From assembly GCA_951406725.2 (NCBI GenBank), contig OX597823.1, positions 57,164,001-57,228,000 on the forward strand: a stretch of 64,000 nt of DNA, in the 5' to 3' direction. The DNA comes from Octopus vulgaris. Its lineage: Eukaryota. The position numbers and the translations under genes are program-made. The notes beneath the pieces are model-generated. The model made no database searches. It was not told the origin of the DNA and saw nothing but the letters and a program-made list of their open reading frames with translations. The number at the start of each line of letters is the position of its first letter. Within the stretch, counting starts at the first letter, position 1. Positions 42,999 to 56,493 of the stretch are shown one piece after another.

Positions 42999-45900
42999 CT
43001 GTGTGTGAGAGGGCGCACGCGTATGCGTAATAGAATATATATTGTAACAATTTAATTATAAATTAGCATATAAATGGATATAATAGATATAATGAAAATA
43101 ATGATTCAAAATAAAATATGAAAATATTTAAAAAAATGAAAATAACGAAAAAAATATATGAAAAATATTAAAATATTTTGGTGAATGTATACCTTGTTAT
43201 GACAGCGCTGGAGATGTTTTAAGCCATGGTGTTCAATTTTATGTCCGTAAGATATTCATACAACGGAATTTTCTTTGGTGGTCATTGTAAATAGAACCAT
43301 CCAAGTAACCTCTCTGAAATTGAAAATTGCCAGTGCTTCAATCTCAGGTGACATTCAAGAAATTAATTATGGTTAAGTTCGACATTTGGTGATTTTAGCG
43401 TTGAAAGTGCTGGATCTTTGGATTAAACTTCTACAATAACTTGACTTGTGTGTGCCCACTTGCGTTTAGAGAAACTAGAGACAGTTAACCCGTCGTCACT
43501 TGAAAGTCCAGTCATAGACGAAAGCCTATAGAGGAGAACCATGTATTGAAATTGTCAAAGATACACAATCCTCTGAGATAGTAGATATCAGCAAGAAATA
43601 TTAATACTATGAAATTCAACACTATCAAATTTCACACTGTAGATATTTATCTGTCGATCATTAATAGATTTTTATGTAGGAGATAACGATTCACTAGAAT
43701 TTACAACCAGAAACGAAAATTACATAGAATTTATAATTCACAACATGAGAGACTCAAAAAGCATATATTTTATCAAGGACTCTACTAAGCTCAAGAGATG
43801 TAACTGGACAGATGTTGCTTTGATATAAACAAAGGATCGTTACTTATTTTGACAGAATAACGAAATAGTCTACATCATTGAACTTAAAACGTGTAAAAAA
43901 TTTAATAAGGGCTCAGCGATTTCATGTAAACTCTTCTTTAATTTGTTTTTAATGATATATGAAGATATTATTCGGTCTCAGATAAAGCAAAATATTTACT
44001 CATTCTGACTAAACTCTGCATCAAATATTTGAGTTGATAAACCTGATACGTTCAAACGAGCTTTGCCATTTCCTGTTTTCCATTTTTGTTTTGCTCTTCA
44101 GATATAGATATCAATATATACCCCTTTAAGGTTTGCTTTGGTCTTAATATTCACTATCCGTATCTATAACATCTATAGCACAGATTTCACTGTTACAATA
44201 AAAACATAAGCTTTTATTCAACTCTTGTTGGAAAATTTCCAGTTCATGCCTACACCATTATGTTACTCTAATTCTTCACTTAATTATTATCTCTGATATC
44301 AACGGATCTTCCTTTGTTTTAACCAAATTGCAAACAGACAGGTTTAATAAGACTCCTCTCTTCAATGTCTCCTAAAATTCTATTGACTTTCTTCTAACAA
44401 ATTATGCAGTCTTAAAATCAGAGAGACTATGGCGACGATTGCATGTATATATTGCTTTCTTGCCAGTTTCTAATTTCTCATAAACCTACTCACTTTACTA
44501 CAAGTGTCGAAATATTGAGTCACTCTAGGCAGTTACAAACAAGATAAAAGTAACAAATTATGTAGTAGTTACAACTATTTACTCAAACAAAACATTACCA
44601 TTTCTTAAATAGGCACAATGCCAAATTCAGGTCAGGATGTATAGTAACCAATTTCTTTCACCACAGTATCAAACTGACATTATTTTATTGTACTTGAACG
44701 TATGCCTTCGAAATTTTATCTGGCACGTTTTGTATTGTTATCATAAAAGCACTATGAAGATAAAATATAGTACCCCAACGGCTCTTTCAGTGTATCGATG
44801 TACAATGCTTGCTGATTCATACAGACAAAATACAAGCAATGCTTTTTGACTAATTCTTTACCACGTATCTTATTCTGAATATATATAAATAAGTCTCAAA
44901 CTTTGTTGTATCAGGAAATTAACACTGAACTAACAACTAAATTCACAATTCAATGTATCAGATGAACACACTATTAAAAAAGTACGTAATAATATTTCGA
45001 TTCCTTTCATTTTCTTTCTTTCAAAATTGCGAGTACGTTTAGCTGGGAAAATGGTATTTACTCGTGTGTTATGCGAAAAATTTAATATTAAACGAGTCTA
45101 GTTTAGCGGAGAGCAGAACTGCCCTTGGACAGATCCTGTACATGTAAACCTTCTCAAGCACTCTCTATACGACATGGGAAGGCCTGTACTATCCGCTACC
45201 GCTATTAAATAGATTACTGAAACTTCAGCTATCATGACTAGGCTTGGGATGACTATCGTTGACTTCTCCAGGCAAGTGAGATTTGATATACCATAAAGCA
45301 TCTCTACCGACGTGCCAACGATTTTGCAACTCACACCCCCGCAGAGGAAGATGAAATGAAGTGATTTGCTCCATAACATAACGCGCCACCTAGTCCAGGA
45401 ATCGAACTCATGATCTAGCAATCGAGAGAACGGTACGATGGCATTTTACTTGAATGTAAAGAATAGATAAAAAGACAAAATATATTGCTGAAATTTGGGG
45501 CACATTCTGGGGCTCTCGTTATATTGCAGAGGGCAATGCACAGGAGCAAATACCTTAATGATCTCGACTTTAAGTTACAGTCACCCTGATTCATTCATCT
45601 AATCATTTATTATATCAAGAACCATACAAACCAAATACACAGAAAAACAAATGACATGAACATCATACAATAATATTTTTCTTGGTCTTCAAATTGAAAT
45701 CTTGTTCACAACTAAATACAATGGTTTCTTTCATTGTAACAAAGTGACACATTCCATTCTTATTTCTTTCGGTGCACGAATCATACTAATTTTAACAATC
45801 TCCAACGTACTGAACGCTAATGTTGATTCTGACAGGATTTCATCTTGATTGTTCTGACTTACTTTCATCCTTCTGTGTGCGCAGATTTGACATTACACAT

Positions 45901-46354
45901 AGCCACATATGCATTGCCATAAAATTTTATAAAATACAAGATAGATCAAGAAGTAAAATGGTAAAGAAGCATATGTACCTCAATGGATTTAAGTGCCAAG
46001 TGCTTATTCAGCAATTTTGCCAATCTCTCGGTCGCCATACTAGGTTCCAGTGGCAAGCATTTCAAGATAACCGGTACTATTTTGATTGAAGATTTATTGC
46101 CAGAGTATCTTACTCCTAGGCGAGCTGCCTTCCTCACGACTTTTTGAAAATCAAGGGGAGTCTTCTCTATCACTGGGAAATTTGCTTAACCCATAGATGG
46201 GACGCTGACAGGTACTGCCGTTCCGGGTCAGAACAGACTTGAGAGTAATGGCAATTAAGTGGTCACTTCACGCTCTCCACAACACCAGAACTCCTGAACT
46301 GGAGCCTCACCACCGCACACACAAACACACACACACATACACACACACACTCAT

Positions 46355-46429
<75 letters not shown>

Positions 46430-47449
46430 CATATTTGTTTGTAAATTACCTCAAATGCTAACGGATTATATGTAATTTCTGAACATTGTCATGTTCCTTC
46501 ACTCCACCTCCTCTCTCCTTTCAGCTCTCTTTCTCTCTACCTCACTCTCTCTTTATCACTATCTTTCTTTTCAGTATAGTAACTTACAAGCAGTATCTTA
46601 AACTGAACTCATCATAAATTGATATGGAGTGTGTGTGTGTGTGTGTGGAGGGGGTGGCTTCTAGAATGTTGCCAAAACACTTTCAATGAATCAACAATAA
46701 TACAAATTTCATACCGCCAGTTCACATACACATACATATACCGTACCTTATGTTTTTCTACCCACCTCTCCACCAAAAAAAGTTTGCTACAAAACCAAAC
46801 TAAAATGAAGGACAACAACGAAATTGTCTAGCAAAAAGTCAAATGAGAATATTTTACAATGTTCAAATCATAAAATTAATTTAGATTAGCCATATTTTGA
46901 CATTTTGATGTTGTTATAAAAACGCTTGATGTATTTTTATGAGAAATTGTATGAAATGATTGTAGTGATTATGGAAACAAGAGTCGTATATTTGAAGTGA
47001 AACTATTTTCAGATAAATTCCTCTAACAAATGGAATTGGTATTAAGTATGATTATGGTTTTACGCTGTGAATTCTTCTGTTTATTTGGAATGAATTACAA
47101 AGGTGACAGTTATTAATTGCAAATGAATTATGGTAGCGATATTGAAAATGGCGGCGATCATGATGATTTTAAATAATGAATTTTAAAGTCTGCTTCGCAC
47201 ACGGCAGCCAATTAAAGGGGTGGGAGAATAAGAGATTACATGGACCGTCTCCTTTATTACTTTACAAGTAGAGTTTTTTTCTTTTTCTTAATCAAACCCA
47301 GGAGGAATGAAAAATAATTTTGAACACTGCACAGAGTCCAGTCTAGGGACCTAAAGGGACTCGACTTCCCCACAGTAACATTTACACTCTGGGTTCTGCT
47401 CTAGGAATTCTGTGTCAGACTACTCTTTTCATTTAAATAATATTCGGTT

Positions 47450-47990
47450 TCAAATTTTGGCAAAAGACCAGCGTTTCCGAGGAGGGGGGAGGAATTAATT
47501 ACATTGACACCGGTGCTCGACAGGTACTTATTTTTATCGACCCAGAAAGGACGAAAGGCAAATTGGATTTCGACGGAATTTGAAATCGGAACGTACTGAC
47601 GAACGAAATGTCGCTAATCATTTTTTCCGGCGTGCTAACTATTCTACCAGGTTGCCGTCTTAGTAGTAGTAAAAGTGGTAGTGGTGGTGGTGGTGGTGGT
47701 GGTGGTGGTGGTGGTGGTGGTGGTAGTGGTGCTGGTGGTGCTGGTGGTGGTGGTGGTGAGGGGTAGTAGTAGTAGTAGTCCTTTCTACTATAGCCACAAT
47801 GCCCGGAATTTGCGTGGAGCGGGTAAGTCGATGACATCGACCCCAGTACTTGACTGATACTTAATTTATCGACCCCGAAAGGATGAAAGGCAAAGTGGAC
47901 TTAGGCAGAATTTGAACACGGAGTGTGAAGACAGACAGGATGCCGCTAATCATTTTGTCCGGCGCGCTAACTATTCTACCGGATTGCCAC
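47450..47990 (-). mobile_element. Two tandem SINE A-related copies separated by (GGT)n/(AGT)n
   Basis: Both carry TTTATCGACCC...GAAAGGCAAA...GAATTTGAA...CCGGCG(T/C)GCTAACTATTCTACC. Confidence 0.8.
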
Positions 47991-47992
47991 AT

Positions 47993-48058
<66 letters not shown>

Positions 48059-48073
48059 CAGTAGTAGTAGTAA

Positions 48074-48452
48074 TTTCCTTTATTAGATACAGGGACATAG
48101 ATGACAGTGACATCACAAGGACAAACAAGAAATTGTGTGGAGATTTACATAAATGATAGGGAGAAAGAAATGGAAAAGACGGTGATAAACGATAAAAGTA
48201 TACGTAACACACAAACTATGTGATAATATGAGTAATAAAGTCCTCCTGATAGAGGAGCAGCCCCAGCAAGTGCGAATCATGAAACACCACTGATCCAGGA
48301 TTACTCTGACCGCGAAGACACGAACCCTCTCGCAGGCTCTCCAATCTACATTTACATACGTAGAGTAGGGCCATTCGCTCTAACAATTTTTGCCACAGTC
48401 AACCATCTTTTCACAAATTCACTGGGAAGTAGTTCTCTCTTCGTCCTCACTT
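48074..48452 (-). mobile_element. Tx1/L1-like LINE, extreme 3' end, related to 4976-5922
   Basis: 48352-48452 minus reads KVRTKRELLPSEFVKRWLTVAKIVRANGPTLRM*, versus KVRVERQVLSSECFKKRWVNVARMARMNDEATLSMIL*. 3' end CCCTGTATCTAATAAAGGAAA versus CCCTGTGTGGCTAATAAAGAAA. Abuts (AGT)n. Confidence 0.75.
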
Positions 48453-48769
48453 GTTATTGGAGCAACAGGATGCGAACCAACCCGCCTTGAGTAAATCATG
48501 ACTGAACGTTGGTTCATGGGGAGACAATGTGACTCCTTAATTCATATACTACAACTGATCACGATATCTGGGATTACAAAAATCTGCAAAACTTTCTTAA
48601 GATGTAAAGGATGATGAATAAACTAAGATGCTTGCCTTCACAATTTTACTACCAAGTAGGTGGCCAGTTGAAATTCATTCTAAATAAAAAAGAAATGCAT
48701 TCATGCAATCATACATATGTAGTATAAGCAAGTATTCTTAGGTGAGAAAGGGAGACTAAAAAAAAAAAA

Positions 48770-49492
48770 GGAGCACTCAGTCGGTTACGACGACGAGGGT
48801 CCCAGCTGATACAATCAACGGAACAGCCTGCTCGTGAAATTAACATACTGAGCAATCCTATTTCTTTACTACCCACAAGGGGCTAAACACAGAGGGGACA
48901 AACAAGGACAGACAAACGGATTAAGTCGATTACATCGATCCCAGTGTGTAACTGGTACTTATTAAATCGACCCCGAAAGGATGAAAGGCAAAGTCGACCT
49001 CGGCGGAATTTGAACTCTGAACGTAGCGGCAGAAGAAATACCTATTTCTTTACTACCCAGAAGGGGCTAAACACAGAGGGGACATACAAGGACAGACAAA
49101 CGGATTAAGTCTATTACATCGACCCCGGTGTACTTAATTTATCGACCCCGAAAGGATGAAAGGCAAAGTCGACCTCGGCGGAATTTGAACTCAGAACGTA
49201 GCGACAGACGAAATACTGCTGAGCATTTCGCTCGGCGTGCTAACGATTCTGCCAGCCCGCCGCCTTATTCTAGACCCGCGTACCCCTAACGTAGTTCTCA
49301 GGGAGATTCAACGTGACACTGAGTGTGACAATGCCGGCCCTTTGAAATACAGGTACGACTCATTTATGCTAGCTGAGTGGACTGGAGCATCGTGGAATAC
49401 AGTGTGAAATAAACAACGCGTTGCCGGGAATCGAACACACGATCTTACGATCATGAGCCGAATGCTCTAACCACTAATCTACGTGCCTTCAC
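48770..49492 (-). mobile_element. SINE family C interrupted by a SINE A dimer (~48856-49267)
   Basis: SINE C head TGAAGGCACGTAGATTAGTGGTTAGAGCATTCGGCT...GTTCGATTCCC at the right, tail at the left, with two head-to-tail SINE A units between. Confidence 0.85.
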
Positions 49493-50082
49493 GAAGAAAG
49501 AGATACTAATTAATGTGTAATTTACAAATACAATCTGTAAGTAGAACCGTAAAAATATACAATATTTAAAAAATTTTTAAACTGCAATACATCGTTCTAG
49601 TTATCCAAATTCCTATGATGGAGATTTATTTCTTTGTTAGAAATCAACTATTTCCTTCTAGGGAGAATTCTTATAAGTATCCACACACGCATACACACAG
49701 CTACATACATACAGATATACATTCAGAAATTCATAAATATATACTCGGAAGAATTACCGGCATTGTAATGTTAAACGCCTTTAAAAGGGGTCGCTGCTAT
49801 AACCATAGAAATGCCAATAAATGCGCAATGTCTTGAATTTTTTCATACGTTACTTGGTTCACAGACGGACCCACGCCTCATACACAAAGCGTTTTTACGA
49901 CGCCAACACTCAGGCAAATTTATGTTATTTTCGTACACACACACACACACACAAACACACGCTCACTCACACACGCACACACACTCATACGCACACACGT
50001 ATATATTGTACATATATGTGTGTGTGTGCGTTTGTGTGTGCGTGTGCATATATGGATATATAAACCCAAATTTATACATAAA

Positions 50083-50156
<74 letters not shown>

Positions 50157-51193
50157 TAGATAGATACATACATACATACATAAATGGACAAACACATATA
50201 TATGTACACACACACTCATAATGTATATATCCATACATGACATGACTATATGTGAGTACAGGTATATGTGAGTACAGGTATGTGAGTACAGATACTTAGA
50301 AAAGTAACTAAAAAGAACCACAAGCAGAAACATACCTGCATACATATTGCTATATATATCTATAGCGACCTTCCGTCGGTTCTCGACGATGATCTTTTGG
50401 TTTTGACAAATGCATTTTGACAAAAGTATGTATTAGGTCAAAATGCATACTTTTGACCAAAGTTTACATTTTGACCAAATGCAAAGTATGCAATTAGTCA
50501 AATGCATACTTTGACCAAACCAAAGTATGCATTTGGTTTGGTCAACTGAAATGCATACTCTTCATGAGTGACAGTATTCTACAATCATAGGTACTTTAAG
50601 CGTTATTCACTTTCAAAATCAACATATCACAGTTTGTGACGGAGTTGGATATTTGAATCAAAAATGTTACAAATGCAATTCACTCCATGGGTTTCCAGAC
50701 CCTTTCCGTTTCTATGCTTTGATGCAGAGCATTTTAGTCTACTCGAGGGTATACTGAAACTAACCTTAGCCAAGCTACTACCCAGTGAGTTCGAACGCGA
50801 GATCTCATAACCGCGTAGCGAGTTTCTTAACCGTTCGTTCATGTCAGTATCCAGATGCGTGTATCCATAAACGCATACATTATGTCCGTGCGTATGTAGG
50901 TATGCCTGTGTGTATATATGTATATATACACATATGTATGTGTATATATACATATACACAAAACACACATGTGTAAACATACTTAGACACACATACAGAA
51001 CGACACAGGCAGATACATGGATATATACATATAAGCATACACAAACACATCTATGTGTGTATGTTTGTGTGTGTGTGAGTGTTTGTGTGTGTTTGTGTGC
51101 GTGTGAATATGTACGTTTTGTATCTTGGTACGTCCACGCATTCGTACAATATTTCTCTACTCTTGCAGCCCCGAACGACTACGTGTATTATAT

Positions 51194-51314
<121 letters not shown>

Positions 51315-51861
51315 TGTTTGTATGTATGTATGTATATATATATATATATATACACACCCAATTCACTCACTCTCTGTTTCATAATATTGCAATGATATCT
51401 GCAGAGCGAATACTTTTTTCTCCTTGCCCTCGAATACAATAATAGCCCAATAACAAAAGAAACGTTTCAACTGAGGAAAAGTATAATAAAAATTGGACTA
51501 AAAAAAATGTGATATTCCGTAGCCTCAAGGGAGCTGTTCTTTTATTATATATAGTTGTGTGTGGTTGTAAGTGAGTCAGTGTGTGCTTACGTGTTGTAGT
51601 CTCTTATTTTTCTTTCTATTACATTGAACTAAATTGCTAACTAAATTATAGTTTTGCATAGGGTTCCCTGCAAACCTATATCTTGAAGAAAGATCCACTC
51701 TAAGAGAACTGAAGAAAGCTGTCTTCGTAATATTGTGCATCTGGAGCTATATATCATTTTCTATGTAAAATACAGTGCATTTATCAATATGTACTATAAT
51801 TTGTCTGTGCTTTTTAAGTTTCAGTCCGTCCATAAAAATCTGATTGTATGTTTTTGTCCAG

Positions 51862-52001
<140 letters not shown>

Positions 52002-52053
52002 GTAGATAGATTATATATAAGTGGACAATATTTATATAAAATTTCTTTACTAT

Positions 52054-52463
52054 AGGCGTAGGAGTGGCTGTGTGGTAAGTAGCTTGTTTACTAACCACAT
52101 GGTTTCGAATTCAGTCCCACTGTGTGGCACCTTGGGCAAGGGTCTTCTACTATAGCCTCGGGTCGACCAAAGCCTTGTGAGTGGATTTGGTAGACGGAAA
52201 CTGAAAGAAGCCCGTGGTATATATGTATATATATATATATGTGTGTATATGTTTGTATGTCTGTGTTTGTCTCCCCACCATCACTTGACAACCAATGTGT
52301 TACGTCCCCGTAACTTAGCGGTTCAGCCCAAGAGACCGATAGAATAAGTACTAGGCTTACAAAGAATAAGTCCTGGGGTTGATTTGCTCGACTAAGGGCG
52401 GTGGTCCAGCCTGGCCACAGTCAAATGACTGAAACAAGTAAAAGAGTAAAAAAGTAAAAGAGT
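52054..52463 (+). mobile_element. SINE family B, full length
   Basis: Colinear with 36541-36950. Confidence 0.92.
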
Positions 52464-52494
52464 ATATTACATACATACGCATATATATATACAC

Positions 52495-52535
<41 letters not shown>

Positions 52536-52540
52536 TACAT

Positions 52541-52619
<79 letters not shown>

Positions 52620-53110
52620 TACATACACACACACATATATATATATGCATATTTCGGTACAGGGCTGTCGTAGAGACTGCGCGTATCCCATCTGTTTCTC
52701 TCTTCTATGTTTTTTAATGTCAAAGAGAATCTCCTGCGTTCGCTATTTTACCTTCGTCTGGTCCCAACGACCCTCCATGTGTGTTTTCGTTCGATTTCCT
52801 TGTATATCTCCTCTGTCCTGTTTTTGTTACCAGCTTTGACACCCCGCAAGTCCCAAATTTAATGTTGGTTTGCGGGAGCATCTGCCATATTGTCGTTCAA
52901 TGTTGAAAATGAGGGGTAGATGAGCAGACGACAACTGATGAAGGGTCGGTTTTTATGTTATTGTCCTGCTTCCCCCGTGTTTCTCTCGTTGTTTATGTAT
53001 GCAACTCATTTGTTTTCGTATCTCATGTTGTCGTCCTGTACCCATATATGCATATATATATATATATATATATTTGATTGATTTAAGTATGTTTCTCCAT
53101 TTTCTAATTT

Positions 53111-53149
<39 letters not shown>

Positions 53150-53784
53150 TGTTGGTGGTGAACCTCATAACTACGACATTATGAGCGGATGAAAACGTCG
53201 TTGTCATCTTCATCACCATCATCATCATCGTTGTCGTCGTTGTCATCAACAACGTTAACAGCAGCAACAGCAACAATATTGCCTATTTCTCGCTTAGGGT
53301 ACGCACATTTAATAATAAATATTGATAGAGCACGAAACGAAATATTGACAAATTTCCGTAGGAAGTTCAATATGGTTTTTCAGTATCAACATTATCAAAC
53401 AGAGCTATATCATTTAAGTTAGCCATTTGACGCAAGCCTTCTTCAGAGTTTCTCTTTCAGCTATCACTGTTACACAACCAATGTTTTCTTCCCTTTTAAG
53501 TTAATATTCATTTATTTATTTATTACTTTTAACTAAAGGTATTTATCTACAACTAGTCTTGCCAATCTTCCGATAACTAAGGACAGGTAGTTCCATCAGT
53601 TTCATGGAGTGGTGTGGGGAAAAGGTAGCCTCAAGACAGTTTCTTGAATGAAGTAAGGAAACAACTTTGGTTTGAGAATAAAGGCAACGCCATACTTTTT
53701 CGTTTTGCCTGCTTTCTTCCAATTATTTTAACACATATCATTATCATTATTGCGTTTACGTTGGTCTATCTTCCAGTCAGAAAC

Positions 53785-54310
<526 letters not shown>

Positions 54311-54405
54311 GACTATATATATATATTTCAAAATGTGACCGCGTGTCTACCGTTGGCGATTTTTTTCCTCTGTCTTCCTGTCTCTGGATCTTTCCTTCCC
54401 CTATA

Positions 54406-54438
54406 TTTCCGACGAAGAGCCCCGCTCGAAACGTTAAA
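54406..54438 (+). ncRNA. Ultra-minimal hammerhead-like motif with a core substitution
   Basis: TTT-CCGACGA-A-GAGC-ccc-GCTC-GAAA-CGTTA-AA. Core reads CCGACGA instead of CUGANGA; perfect stem II; palindromic AACGTT. Confidence 0.5.
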
Positions 54439-54786
54439 CCTTCCTTCTTTCCTTCTTTCCTGAGTGTCCAATAATACTATATTTGTTCCACGTCCTCGCG
54501 TTGTTGTGTTTTTTTTGTGCTTTCTTGTTTGGATTAACTATATATAGACATATATTATTTTATGTTTCAGCTCTATGGCTGTGGCTATGCTGGGATACCA
54601 CAAGTATTATCACCTTTTAAGTGGCCCATCTTGATGGAGGATGTTTAACACTGCTAGCCTGTTTTGAGTTTCCTTGATATTGATTCATCTGGGACCTTGG
54701 ATAGCAACAAATTAAGTTGAATCTTAAAACATATACTCCCTCTCTATGGAGATCCCTCAGATGTGTATATGTGTGTGTGTGTGTGC

Positions 54787-54829
<43 letters not shown>

Positions 54830-54838
<9 letters not shown>

Positions 54839-55060
54839 AAATCTGTTCTGTCTGTCCGTCTGTGTGTCTTCTAGGATCTCGGGCATCCTCCATCCGATTG
54901 CGCTCAAATCTGATATGTAGATACCGAGGGTATCAGAGCGAATACAAGTCTTGAAAAAATACAAAAATCGATTCCAGGTGAGAATGCATTTGTACGCGCA
55001 CTTTAAATTCTTCGGTTGCATATTTGTAGAAATAAAATCGTTTTTCTTTAAAATAGAAAA
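54830..55060 (+). mobile_element. Possible Helitron/Helentron-type non-autonomous element (DINE-like)
   Basis: TATATAAAA followed by CTGTCTGTCCGTCTGTGTGT and CCGATTGCGCTCAAA. Recognised by pattern only. Confidence 0.35.
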
Positions 55061-55110
55061 AAGTCTATCTTTATTTCTTCTTTTTCTGGTGTCTCAGATT
55101 TAGGTTAAAT

Positions 55111-55149
55111 CAGTGTTTCTCAAAGGACAAGCTGTTTTGAGAAAATTTG
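55111..55149. mobile_element. 39-bp hAT-like mini-element
   Basis: CAGTGTTTCTCAAA ... TTTGAGAAAATTTG with 8-bp flanks GGTTAAAT / GTTTAAAT. Confidence 0.5.
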
Positions 55150-55201
55150 GTTTAAATGTTTGACAACTCAGCACCGTCCATTGGACGGGGGCACTTTACT
55201 C

Positions 55202-55346
<145 letters not shown>

Positions 55347-56248
55347 CATCTATGTATGTACATCTACATTTCTGTTTAACTTTCTATTTACCAGTTACTA
55401 TCATCGCTCTTTGTTTTCTCTGTGTGTGTGAGTGTATGTCTGTGCATTTGTGTGACCACGTGTATAAATATGTTTGTGTGTGTGTGTGCTTATGAATATA
55501 TATGTGTGTTTTTTTAGTCAATCTATACGTCTATATTTCTGTTTATCTGTCCTATATACTATTTATATTGAAGAATGTGAATTTCTCATTCTATCTGTCT
55601 ATATACGTCTATGAAGTAATCTATATGCCAATTTCTGTATATTTCTCTAAATATATAGATATCGAACTATCTTCAATCAATCTAAATCTCAATCAATCAC
55701 CAAATAAATGAATAAATCTATATATCTGTCTATAAGACTCTCGCCTTCTTTTTCTTCTCCCACTTTCTCTCTCTGTATGTGTGTGCGCACGTGTATTTAT
55801 GCGTGTGTGTGTGTATGTTTGTGTGTGTATTTGTGTGTTTCTTTTTCGTTCCTTGATCTTTGTAATTTTGTTTATATCACCATTTATATTTAGTGATGTT
55901 TCATGGCGTTGTGAATCTACTCTGTAACTATCTTTGAATACATATGGACACACACAAACAAGCAAACTCACAAGCACACACACACACACACACACATATA
56001 TATGTATGTATATAGACATACTGCGAAATGAATAAGATTCGCTGACAGACATATTTACCTTTATTCAAACTCCTGCTAGAGTTCTAGTGTCTTGAAAGAC
56101 ACCAGAACTCTACAGAAACTCTCATAGACGAGTGATACAAATATGTGAACAAACTACCGAATTTACTGACACATTTACTTACTCACCTCACCTCCCACCA
56201 CTACACACACAGACACACCCACTCGCAAATACACACACATCTCCATAT

Positions 56249-56425
56249 ATGGGTGGGTACTGAAAAGTTCTTGGCATTGGGTAAAAGAAAATACAAGGTC
56301 AGTTAATTATGATTTTATTCAGCATATTCCCCTCTCAGATTCATACACTTAATTCAATGGTCCTTCAGCTTTTCTAAGCTCTGTAAAAGAACTCAAAACG
56401 TTGAGCCTCCAGCCACTCGTTTCGC
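56249..56425 (-). mobile_element. Mariner 3' end remnant
   Basis: Minus strand EFFYRA then frameshifted EKLKDH*IKCMNLRGEYAE, a typical mariner C-terminus, plus TIR-like TA-TGGGTGGGTACTGAAAAGTTCTTGGC. Confidence 0.7.
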
Positions 56426-56493
<68 letters not shown>

